DNA from: the human T2T-CHM13v2.0 reference genome, Homo sapiens
Length of the DNA stretch: 64,000 nucleotides
Reading direction: 5' to 3' (one strand)
NCBI RefSeq assembly: GCF_009914755.1
Contig: NC_060937.1
The translations under genes and the position numbers were made by a program. Below, piece by piece: positions 30,633 through 47,529 of this stretch. The notes below the pieces were generated by a model, which saw only the letters and a program-made list of their open reading frames with translations, made no database searches and was not told the origin of the DNA. Every line of letters begins with the position of its first letter. The stretch's first letter is position 1.

Positions 30633-31838
30633 GCTCTCTTCTCTTCCTCGTTCGACAAACAGCTCCATCTGCTCATGCAGTGTCAGCCTCATCCAGGATA
30701 CAATGGTGAGAGTCTGAGTCAATGGATTTGGCCATATTGGATACCTGGTCACCAGGGCAGCTTTCAACTCGGCAAAATGGACACTGTCATCATCAATGAT
30801 CTCTTCACTGGCCTCAACTCCATGGTCTACATGTTCCAGTATATTTCATGACAAGTCCAATGGCACAGTCAAGGAAAGAGAACAGGAAGCTTGTAATCAA
30901 AGGGAAGCCCATCTCCATCCTCCAAGAGCAAGATCTCGCCAACATCAAATGAGGCAACACTGGTGCTGAATATGGTGCAGAGCCCACTGGCGTCTTCAGC
31001 ACTACGGAGAAGACTGGGGCTCACTTGAAGTAGCCAAAACTGTCGTCATCTTTGCCCCTTGTGCTCTTGTGCAGATCCATGTTTGTGGTGGGTGTGAACC
31101 ATGAGAAGTATGAATTATCTTCTCGAGATTGTCAGCAGTGCCTCCTGCACTATCAACGTTTGGCACCCTTGGCCAAGGTCATCTATGACTACAGTCCATG
31201 CCACTACTGCCACCCAGAAGACTGTTGGAGAAACTTTGGCGTGACTGCTGCAGAACATCATCCCTGTATCTACTAGTGTGGCCGAGGCTATGGGCAAGGT
31301 CATCCCTGAGCCAGATAAGAGGCTCACAGGTATGGCCTTCTGTGTTCCCACCCATAATATGTTGGTTGTGGCTCTCATCTGCCATCTGCAGAAAGCTGCC
31401 AAATATGATGGCATGAGAAGATGCTGAAGCAGGTATTGGAGGGCCCCCTCAAGGGCATTCTGATCTACACTGAGGACCAAGTTGTCTCCTCTGACTTTAA
31501 GAGTGGCACCTGCACTCTTCTACCTTCAATGCCACGACTGGCATTACCTTCAATGGCCACTTTGTCAGGCTCCTTTCCTGGGATGAATTTGGCAGCAGCA
31601 ACAGGGTGGTGGACCTTATGGTCCACACGGCCTCCAAGGAGTAAGACCCCCAGACCACCAGCTCCATCAAGAGCATGAGAGGAAGAGTGAACCCCCAGCT
31701 GCTGGGGAGTCATTGCCCCACTCAGGCTCCCCAAAGTCAGTTTCCATTCCAGACTCCTGGAGGAAGGACAGGGGCTTAGGCAGCTCCAGCTTGTCATGCA
31801 CCATCAATGAAGTATGCCATCCCCAGCCAAAAGAAAAA
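30633..31838 (+). pseudogene. GAPDHP52: GAPDH processed pseudogene, full length with UTRs
   Basis: Intronless similarity to GAPDH mRNA from the 5' UTR (gctctc...gttcgaca) through ATG 30703 (MVRV*VNGFG) to gcctccaaggagTAA at 31644, then 3' UTR, a decayed poly(A) signal and an A-rich tail; multiple stops and frameshifts. The pseudogene number is from recollection of the locus. Confidence 0.93.
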
Positions 31839-34643
31839 GGTCACATAACCTAACATGGGCAACAGTCCTCTCACATGATTCATGGTATTGAGTGTTTGGT
31901 TAGTAGAACAGAATAGTGGTCCAGTTTCCAAAATTTCTAATCATGTGTATACTGATAAAAGTGAAATCATTACAGTTGGTCGTTGGTTGATGTGATGCTC
32001 TGGTGTCTTTTGATGCAAGTGCTGCCATAAACTTTTCCCTCTGGCCAATCCCCAAGACGAGGCTTCTGCAGAGGGACTTTTGATAAGAATAAGACGCCAA
32101 AGACATTGAGAATCTCCCAGTTCAAAGGAGCCCTCCCTAGCTCAAGGTTGCCTAGAATTCTAGCCCTCTCCTCCGAGGCTTTATGGGGCTGGTGTTCCTG
32201 GGAGTGTCCGTGTCACAGTGTGAGTAGCTATGCACCTAGTGGGACTGTGTTGCACCTGTTCCTGAGAGCAGGTGTGATTAGGAAACAGCAGAACGAAGGG
32301 CAACATGCAGGCACGTGGGGGTGAGAAGGCACTGGCACATCCCTCCCACCTGGGGGTGGGGCTTACTGTAGGAGAGGCATGGTCTCCAGAGGACCCCTCC
32401 CTTCACCACTGTGCAGGATGCTCAGTCAGTCCTGAATATTACAGCCAAACCCTAGCCAGGGCCCCTGCCACCTGAGGTAGTGGCTGAGTGTGTGGGGATG
32501 GAGTTCCCATAGCCTGCCGGCAAACTCTTCGGGATCACACACATCCTAAGAGCAAAGGAAAAGAATCCATGCTAGCCTATGTCCCTCTCTTCTCAAAACT
32601 GCTTCGGGAGCTTTAGTTCTTGGAGAAACCACACTTTTCGGATCCAATTTCAAGACTTTCCACATGTCCCTTGTAAATGAGGATGTGCACTTCTCGAGCC
32701 TGAAGAGTTTGTAAAAAGGCCACAATTGGTCATTCCAGGGACAGTGTCAGAAAAGCGGGTGGTCTTCCTGGGAAGCCAAGGGGTGACACACTCCTGCAGG
32801 GGTTCATTCTATGCATGACACATTTAAGTCAAAGCTCTCCCCACACAGGGTTCAAAGGAACAACCTCTGGGATATTTTGCAGACCAGCAAAGGGTTCCCA
32901 TGATGTGGGCAACTCTCACTCACATCCTTGGAGGCATCAGCAGGGCTGGCTGGGATGCAGGCTGCCGCTTGTGCTGGAAGTGATATTCACTCTCAGAAGG
33001 GCAACCTGGATCACTTCTCCCTTCGGAGTGTGGTGCAAAGAGCTGGATGTCCAGTCATGAGACCTTCTGGGTACAACCCTATGGTCGTATCTTCATCTCA
33101 GAGCAAACGCAAATGCCCTGTGTTGCCTGCCACCCTGGAGGGTATGAGGATCAGAGGAGGTGCTTTGGAAACACCTTGAAACTACATAGAGCTTTTTGGA
33201 TATAAGCTCGATGCTGCTTATCTCCCAGTGGCCCTTTGGGAGGAAATGGAATCACTGTTGAACCCAATGCAACTCTCAGAGAAGTCAAGACACAGGGTAG
33301 ATTGGTTGTAGAGGCCCCTCGTGCCTGTCCCACACATCACAGATGTAATCCTTCTTTTGAGTTGCATGAGGCAGGTCTCTGTGGCTTCCAAAACAACGAA
33401 TCCTCCAAGGTCAAATATATTTTTTAATTTCTCATCAGAGTTCTTTGAGAAAGGGAACTTTGTTTTCAGTGTCTCTTTTTGCAGAGGATAATTAATACTA
33501 CTGATAAAATTGCTGGTTCTATGGGTAGACCTGTGATGCTGGGATCACACGACCCTGCAGGCCTTTGAGTCGCTGGAAGCTGTTGCCTTCCAGAGGGAGC
33601 CCTGCACCCCAGGGCTGTGCAGGAGGAAAGAGGGAGCCCATGGAAGTGGGGTCACATTGTGAAGGGCCAGCCAACCCCACGGACGGTCCTGGCTCCCCTG
33701 GAGACACATGACAACGTTCCTTATAAGTGGGCTTCTCCAGCTCAGGCAGTTGACAGTTTCAAGAAATCCGTTAGAAGAAACAGGCAGAGTTGTGATGCTG
33801 GCAAAGTTCTAGGGCTTTTTTTTTTCTTTCCCCGTTTTAACTGTTAAAATTTATCTCCGACATTGCACAAACGAATGAAATCAACAGCCTCTTATCACAT
33901 CCCAAATCTGTCAACCAATGTCTACCAGCCACTTGGAGCCAAAAGCCTCTTAGCACGTGTGTGACTTGAGCTGAGAAGGGCAGGACAGGAGCGCAGGCAG
34001 CTTTGTTCTGGCACCGTCGTTCCCAAACATTTGCTCATTTAGAGCCCAGGAGGCAGCAGTGCCTCCACAGCCTCTGATCTCGGTTCTGCGGGCTACCAGA
34101 CAGGGTTCAAGCACCTCCCTGACAAGCCTTCATCTCTTTCTTCAGTCACCAACCACCACCCATGGCCGTAGGGGCCAGTGGCCAAATTCTATGCTGTCCT
34201 CCTAGCCTTTCATGCATGCCCAGGTCTCCATGGGGTGGGAAGAGTTAGAGGTACTGCTGTGAATCCACAGTTGCCTAAAGTGGCTTGGGCTGAACCAGAT
34301 AGAGAAAGAAGCCCAGCCATCCCTGGGGCACAGTCACCCTGGCACCCACCTTGGGCTGAGCACTTTCATGACTGGAAGCTTTGGAGAACAAGTCCTTGGG
34401 CAGTACCTCTGGCTGGGCTGGCTCCAAGAGTTTCTGATCCTGGACAGATCCCAGGGTGCACCTCTCCAAGACATGTCTGTTCCCATGACATCTGGAGGAA
34501 AGAGACATAAGACTTAACGTAAGTTTCCTTAGAGTTCATTTGAGTTAATCTATCTATGTATTCCTGGGGGCAGCACATGAAAACTACCAATATTAATGAG
34601 TACCACACATGGGGTATCTCCCATATGCCGGGCACTTTTTATA

Positions 34644-36783
34644 CAGGCATAGCTGATTTTAATTGCACTTGGCTTTATTGTGCTTTGCAGAGATTGCATT
34701 TTTTACAAACTGAAGGTTTATGGCAACATGGCATCGAGCAAGTCTACAGGTGCTCACTTCCTGTCTCTGTCACATTTTGGTAGTTTTTTGCAATATTTCA
34801 ACCTTTTTCATTGTTATTATATATGCTATACTCATCTGTAATCAGTGATCTTTGGTGTTACTACTGTAATTGTTTTTGGGCATGATAAGCCACACCCACA
34901 TAAGACAATGAATTAATCAATTAATGTTGTGTGTGTTCTGACTGCTCCACTGAGGCTGTTCTCTCTCTCTCTCTCTCTCTTTCTTTAAGCTTCCTTATTC
35001 CCTAAGACACAACAATATTGAAATTAGGCCAATTAATAACCCTACCATGGCCTCTAAATATTCAAGTGAAAGAAAAGTGGTATGTCTCTCAACTTTAATC
35101 AAAAGCTAGAAATGATTAAGCTTAGTGAGGAAGGCATGTTGAAAGCCAAGACAGCCTGAAACCTAGCCCTCTTGTGCCAAACAGCCAGGCTGTGAAAGCA
35201 AAGAAAAATTTCTTGAAAAAAATTAAAAGTGCTACTGCAGTGAACACACGTATGATAAGAAAGCGAAACAGCCTTATTGCTGATATGGAGAAAGTGTGCG
35301 TGGTGTGGATAGAAGAGCAAACCAACCGCAATGTTCCCTTAAGCCAAAGCCTAATCCAGAGCAAGACCCTATCTCTTTGGTTCTATTAAGGCTGAGAGAG
35401 GTGAGGAAGCTGCAGAAGTGAAGTTGGAACCTAGTAGAGGTTGGTTCATAAGGTTTAAGGAAAGAAGCCATCTCCGTAACATCAAGTGCAAGATGAGGTG
35501 GCAAGTGCTCCAGATCTTGCTAAGATCATCGATGAAGGTCACTACACTAAACAACAGATTTTTCATGTAGATGAAAGAGCCTTCTACTGGAAGAAAATGC
35601 CACCTAAGACTTTCATAGCTAGAAAGGAGAAGTCAATGCCTGGCTTCAGAGCTTCAAAGGACAAGCTGACTCTCTTGTCAGGGGCTAATGCAGCTGGTGA
35701 CTTGAAGTTGAAGCCAGTCCTCATGTACCATTCAAAAATCCTAAAGCACTTAAACTTATGCTAAATCTACTCTGTCTGTGCTTTATAAATGGAACAACAA
35801 ACCTTGGGTGTCAGTACATCTGCTTACATCATGACTTACTGAATATTTTCAACCCACTGTTGAGACCTTCTGCTCAGAAAAAAAAAGATTTTTTGAAAAT
35901 GTGACTGCTCATTGAGTACCAGGTCACCCAAGAGCTCTGATAGAGATGTACAAGAAGATGAATGTTTCCATGTCTGTTAGCACAACATCCATTCTGCAGC
36001 CCAGGAATCAAGGAGTCATTTTGACTTTCAATTCTTATTATTTAAAAAATACATTTTGTAAGGCTATAGCTTCCACAGATAGTGAATCCTCTGATGGATC
36101 TGGACAAAAGAAATTAAAACCTTCTGAAAATAATTCACTATTCCAGGTGCCATTAAGAACATTCATGATTCATGGGAGGAGGTCAAATGCCAACATTAAC
36201 AGGAGTTCGGAAGAAGTCGATTCCAACCCTGGATGCCTTCGAAAAGCTCAATTGAGACTTTGGTCAATTTACCATAGGAAGTCACTGCAGATGTGGTGGA
36301 AATAGCAAGAGAACTATAATTAAAAGTGGAGCCCAAAGATGTGACTGAATTGCTGCAATCTCATGATGAAGTTTAAATAGGTGAGAAGTTGCTTTATATG
36401 GATGGGCAAAGAAAGTGGTTTCTTGAGACGGAATCTACTCCTGGTGAAGATGCCATGAACATGTTGAAATGACAACAAAGGATTTAGAATGTTACGTCGA
36501 CTCAGTTGATAAAGCAGTGGCAGGGCTTGAGAGGATGGACTCTAATTTGGAAAGAAATTCTACTGTGGGTGAAATGCTATCAAACAGCATCACGTGCTAC
36601 AGAGACATCTTTCGCGAAAGGAAGAGTCAATTGCCAAGGCAAACTTCATTGTTGTCTTATTTTAAGAAATTGCCACAGCCGCCCCCACCTTTGGCAACCA
36701 CCACCCTGATCAGTTAGCAGCCATCCACAGTGAAGCAAGACCCTCCACTAGCAAAAAGATTGATTCACTGAAGGCTCAGATGA
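34644..36783 (+). mobile_element. Tigger1 DNA transposon (TcMar-Tigger), decayed transposase, 3' end missing
   Basis: TA followed by caggcata 5' TIR; ORF fragments [75 protein letters not shown] are Tigger1/TIGD1-like. Confidence 0.93.
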
Positions 36784-37124
36784 AGTCTAAGACGTCACCA
36801 CCCAGCACCTCCTTGTCCTCACCCTTAGCAGGCTGAGCCCCGAGGCTGCCTCTGAGGGAAACACAACACACTGGTGTGTCTGTGCTGCTGGCACCCCACA
36901 TCAGACACACACACAGACAGCCCCATGGGAGGCACAGACCCGATGGGGAGGCCTGGTGGACAGCACAGGAGAACTCAGCCAGCCACGTTCGTTGAGCTCT
37001 TATTGCAACCCCAGCCCCAGGCTACGCCCTGAAAGGGTTTGAGAAGAGACAGAGGCGGATGATCCAGACTTAGCCTCCTGAAGAATGGATGAGCAAGTGC
37101 TTACCTGTGTTTTAAGGGTCCCCA

Positions 37125-37800
37125 GGATCTGTTTTAATTAAGGATGATAAGGCACACAGACACAAAAATGACTCTCATGAAGAAGAAGCTTATTCTGCTC
37201 ATACATTCCTAGAAACAGGAGGCCCAGCACAGCACACGGGGCCTCATAGGAGACACTGGGCCAGTCAGGAACAGAGGGAGACGGAGGAACTGTGGGCTGG
37301 AGCCTTTTTATGGTTTCCACGGGAGGAGTGGGTGAGCGGAGCACACAGGCTTAGGATTGTCTAGTTTAATTTCAGGGCTCTGGGGCAGATGACTATCCCT
37401 AATGTCTGGCAATGGCCCTGGGGTGACTAAAGCAGGTGGATGGATAGTAGCCCTCGTGTGAGAGCCTGATAGGGAAGGTGGGGCAGTCCCCCCAGAGTCA
37501 GCAATGCCCCAGATGTCAAAGTATCATGAATGAATAGAGAAAAGTAAAGACATGGGTAGTTCAGTGCCTGAACACCCATCAGGGCAGAGGTCTGCCCTAG
37601 GCAGTGGATGTCCAAGAAAGCACAATAATGCTCACATATTTAAAACATAAGTCATATCCACGATAATACATTTTTGGGATGATAAACCAATGTTAACCTC
37701 ATCCAAAACTTCCCTCACAGACATGTCCGGAATAATGTTTGACCCAATACGTGGGCACCCAGTGGCCCAGCCAAGATGACATGTTAAATTGTCCATCACA
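37125..37800. mobile_element. ERVL-class LTR fragments (MER54/74-like, then an MLT2-like end)
   Basis: gagcctttttatggtttccacggg and caagatgacatgttaaattgtccatcaca resemble these families; assigned by eye. Confidence 0.45.
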
Positions 37801-38611
37801 CTATCTTAATGTTTCACAGTTTCCTGGAGCTTAAAACGTCAGATATTGACCTCAGTACCTCCCCCGTCTCTCAGCACAAAACCCTGCACACTCTGCCTTC
37901 TACAACACATCTCAGACCCATGCCCACCTCTCAGCCCCACCAGGCCTGGCTTGCTTTGGGTCTCATGACATCCTGAGTTCCAACCACTGCCTGTGTGGCC
38001 TCAGGCCAGCAGCATTTCCTCCCTGCACTTTTCCCCACATGACACCTTTCTGTCTCTCTGATGTCAGGCTCTTGCCTAAAATCTGTCTGCGGTCTCCTCT
38101 CAGGGTGAAATTTCCACTCATGAGCCTGTCACGGAGGCCTACCTAACAGAGCCCTGACCTGCCCCTCCAGGCCCATTTTATCTTCCGCCCCAGGAGCCAC
38201 CTGCAGATCTGAACACCTCTGGCCTCTTTCTACCTCTGTGCTGCACCTTCCTTCCCCTCTGTCTGCCTCCTCCCTCGACTAACCCCAGACCCACTAAACA
38301 CTCACAGCCATGTGAACTGAACTCACCACACACATATCTCATTTCTACGGTGTGTGTTTGAAAGTTCCCCCTTTGCCTTCCTTTGATACTCCAGTAGGTA
38401 GGAGGAGTATCTCATTACTGTTGGTAGCAGTGGTATTTTGGGACCCCCCAGTTGGCTTCCACTGACAACACTTCTGCTGGGCGGGGGAGGGGTGCCTCAT
38501 TACTGCTCCCCATGTGGTCTCTAATGTCACCATGGGAGGTGTGAGGCCTCATTATCGCTGGATGGTGATAAAAATTCCCATTTTCCACGTAGTCTTCTCT
38601 GATACCACCTA

Positions 38612-38760
38612 TGTGGTTTGAATGATGGTGGCCCCTCCAAAATTCGTGTTGAACCTTAATCCCCACTGTGGTAGTATTAAGCGGCGGGGCCTTTTGGAAA
38701 GTTATTAAGTCATGAGGACTCTTCCCTCATGAATGTATTAGGGCCCTTATAAAAAAGGTT
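38612..38760 (+). mobile_element. MST (MaLR) LTR 5' fragment
   Basis: tgtggtttgaatg...cctccaaaattcgtgttgaaccttaatcccca. Confidence 0.7.
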
Positions 38761-39105
38761 TGCTGAAGTGGCTTTGTGCCTGTAATACTGCATCAATTTA
38801 TGCCACCATAATCATACTCTGAGAAGGAATTAGTGAATAAACTTTCCCTACCTTGTTTACAAAGATAATATGTAGTTGTTGTAGCAAATTTAAACAAAAA
38901 AAGAAAGTAAAATTACCCTAATGTCTACCAACCAGAAAACACTACTGTTGATATTTTGGTATACATCCTCCCAGGTTTCCATATATACATAGTGATTGTT
39001 CATATATAGGGAATTACACTATTCATTCAGAAAGTATTGACCGCCTAGTATGTGTCTGGCACTGTTTTAGTCACTAGGAATGTAATGGTAAATGAGACAG
39101 TGTTA

Positions 39106-41905
<2,800 letters not shown>

Positions 41906-42139
41906 GACTTTCCTCTGAATTTAACCAACAGTATCCTAAAATATATTTGCTAACTCGATATTTGTCATGAAATTAGAACATATACTTTTATATACCCTAT
42001 GTATACAGCAACATTAAATGTGTCATATGAAATTAGAATATATACTTCTAATAAATAAACGTGCATAATTCCCTTCTCCCTATCCTCCAACCACTCAGAG
42101 AAGAGCATAGATTAATGTAATTTTCAGTGGTTTAACATC

Positions 42140-42228
42140 CTCCCATCCAAGTACTAACCAGGCACGACCCTACTTAGTTTCCAAGATCAGATGACATCAG
42201 GCATGTTTAGGGCGGTACAGCTGTAGGT
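42140..42228 (-). pseudogene. 5S rRNA pseudogene (about nt 1-88), 3' truncated; probably RNA5SP25
   Basis: ctcccatccaagtactaaccaggcacgaccctacttagtttccaagatcag... is the reverse complement of 5S; flanked by gtggtttaaca / gtggtttagca. Confidence 0.88.
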
Positions 42229-42274
42229 GGTTTAGCACTTTCTATTAGGGAGACAATCTTTCTAAAGCAATGCT

Positions 42275-43269
<995 letters not shown>

Positions 43270-44026
43270 TTGAAAATATTTTTCAATATTTTCAATATTT
43301 TTCAAACACTACTCCACATCTATTTTTAATATGTGGTGAGCACATCTAAACACGTAGAAAAGCTAGATACAGGCATTTGAATGAAGGACCTAAGTTTAAC
43401 ATTGTATCCACAGGAGTGCTGAGTGAAGTTTATCATTGTATCCACAGGAGTGCTGAGTAATAGCACGCCTGTGGATCAATGCTTCTAAATGCACATTCTG
43501 GCGGGAACCTTTCCCCTCCTTCACTGCCTTTTGCCCTTCCTTCAACCCATGAAACGAACGAGGGCATGAGTCCAAGAAATGCTGTAAAAATTGCATTCCC
43601 GTAAGTGATTTCCAGAAGGCAATGTTCCTTTCCAGTGAATCTTAACAAAAGGGTTGGAAAACAAGTTTTTCTCATTTTACTTTTAGCATCGTTGACAACC
43701 TCTCCACATCTAGAGAGGCTCTACATGTTGCAAATAATTCACATTTATTTTAGAAGGTTGCGGTAAAAACTTAACAGCAGCTGGTCCACATTATATGCAC
43801 AGGATCATAGTTGGTAAATCTTCTAAATAGAGGGTTGTCACTTCCGGTGGCTGAATGAGACAAACCATAAGCCATCATTTCTCACTCCCTCTATCAATTA
43901 ACACCCAGAGGGGTGTTGTACCTGTATGCCTGTACCCCACACAGGACCACTGCCTGGAAAGGCAGGATGCCTGTGGCTCTATTTCCACTACTCACCCATT
44001 CCCTGGAGTAGGCGCTCAATTAATAG

Positions 44027-44425
<399 letters not shown>

Positions 44426-44918
44426 TGATATTTTTACCCGTCTTCAAGATCTTTCCTTTCTGGTGGAGATACTTCAATTTTTATAAATATAGCTACAGGA
44501 AATCTTTAAATGGCTTTAATAACAAACTTGGCCTCTTTGGAAGGGCACTGGAACACAGATGCCATAAAATAATTCTACATAATAAAATCTATTAATTATT
44601 CAGCATTTTAACAATCACAATTCAACAACTTACAGTGATCTGAAGGTTCTCAAGATCCTAAATGACTTCTGAAATTAAATTATGTTCAGTAAAAAGCTAA
44701 GTTAAACTCTTTAGGTTTTGAATAAACCTAAGTAAACAACAATTTTGTTGCACTAAAATAATACCTATCTTAAAAGTGGTTTCCCCAAACTATTAGCCAA
44801 TCTCTTTCTCTAACCAAGCACTATTTTACCAGATTTTCAAGTTGATAAACATAAGTTACTCTCTCATTTGGTAAATACCACTTTATAACAAAGAAAACAC
44901 TTCAAATACAAGACTTTG

Positions 44919-44930
44919 TTTATTAATAAA
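44919..44930. terminator. Poly(A) signal, palindromic TTTATTAATAAA (AATAAA on both strands)
   Basis: Seen directly; followed on minus by GU/U-rich sequence (gtgttttctttgtt). Confidence 0.65.
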
Positions 44931-46552
44931 GTAATTCATTATGACTTTTGAAAAAAAAAGTTTTAAAATGTTCTGTGTACATGTCAATGTAGGTTAGGCC
45001 AGCCAAAAGACAAAGCAAAGCATCAACATTAAGTCACAGGCTAGGATTATACAAATAAGAACAAACACAAGGCTTATGGTACTTGTTAGGTAAACACAAC
45101 CAAACTAAACTGTACTTCAAATTTGTTTATATAAAAGCATATTAAAGCTCACTTTAAAATAGTGTCCATCTTTTCTTTTAAACGGGCATAGACTCATTTG
45201 CAGTCATGTACAAATATACCTAATAGCTTTCTTCATCTTTTAATACAAGTACAATTCCTTGCTTCTTTATGCAACCTAACAAAATAATATAGAATGAAGT
45301 CATTAGAAAAATATGAACCTTTCTGAATCTATATTACATTTTTAATTTAAATTGGAAAATACAGTTTAGATCATATGAAACATATGGATTTCAGACATGT
45401 ATTATCTGTTTCTAACAGATTATTACAGGCGGTCTTTATTTTGGCTGAAATGCAAAAATATGACTTTCTTAATAACAGATTAGTTAAAAATACTTTCCAT
45501 TGATAGCAGTGCTAGTCCCTAGAACAAAAGGTAAGCAAAACTTATTTGTAAGTTACTGCCTATTCAATGCCCAGAATATGTAGATCCTAAATCTAAGCCC
45601 TTAATATACATCTACTTTAAAGATAACTGAAAGATCTCACATGCCTGATAATCCTTAATTTAAACCGTCCTGTAAACATAGTCAAAATCTGCTAATAGAA
45701 ATACAATTCAAGTAAACATTGCATATTTGATTTAAACCACCTTACAGTTAAATTCACTCATGACACATTGGATCATAACCACTAATATGTAAAAAGTTTT
45801 AAAAAAATCATCCTTACGTATAGATGAAAATAAACTTTGTAAACTTGTTCATTTAAAATAACGAATGTACTGCAGCTGCTCTTTGGTTTGGCATAGTTTC
45901 AGGTACTGAATATTCAAGTAAATTTGTTCCCAGGTAAACCAAGTCTCCTAATTTGTCTGTAATGGCAATGGCAAGACCTGAACTTCAACTTTATTTTTCT
46001 TAAGGTGTCATCACAAAGTGTTTGAAGGACCAAAGATAGTACTTCTAAAATTTGACAGGGCTTCATTTTGATTTTTTCTCCCCAAATAGTTGATAGCAAT
46101 AATCAATACCAGTTGAGATACCAAAGAGGCAGCCTTTCCCTGATTCCCACACCACTTGTAGGCCTTTGCTAGAATGGTCATTAATACGTATGAATCAGTT
46201 GAGCTAAATATTATTTAGAACGTGGCAAAATGCTGGCTGTAAATTAAATCAAAGATAAGTAATTCAAAGGCTTTAACTGAAAATTTCTGAAAAGATGTTT
46301 GCTGTGCTATTAAAGATGTTAAATAACAAAAATTAAAAGAACTGAGAAAGACTATACCATGAAAGTGCATAATAGTGAAGAAAAAAATGAAGTTCCCTTG
46401 GCGTTAGCCAGGTGCATGCAAATCTTTTTATCTGAATGTAGAAATGCAAAAAGTACCAGGAGAACATTTCTGAAAGTAGTCAAGTATGTTTTAACATTTA
46501 TCTCCTTATAATATGCAAACTGCCAAACTGGAGTTATGTTTTTAGTTGGTAA

Positions 46553-46862
<310 letters not shown>

Positions 46863-47180
46863 CAATAATTGGTATCTCTTAAATCTCATTCTAGTTTGCT
46901 AGAATCAAGATTACTAAGGAGTTGAAACAAAGGTAGAAGAATCCATACTATAATATCCCAAATTATGTTTTCAAAGCTAACTCATTCCTTTGGTTCAAAA
47001 AGAAAAAAAGTTGCCTCCTTTTAAAATCCAATATTAGTATGGCTGATGGAAATTAGGCCAAATTATAAACAAATTATAAACCTACAGTAGCAACCATAAA
47101 ATTTATGCTGTACTAGGAAATGACAGAGCTATTCCTAGTTTATTATTTAGCATACAGAAGGTACTCCAAAAAATTTACCG

Positions 47181-47529
<349 letters not shown>

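Noticed and set aside
35047-36717. Functional transposase (TIGD1-like)
   Set aside because: Broken into several frames by stops and frameshifts, and the 3' TIR is missing
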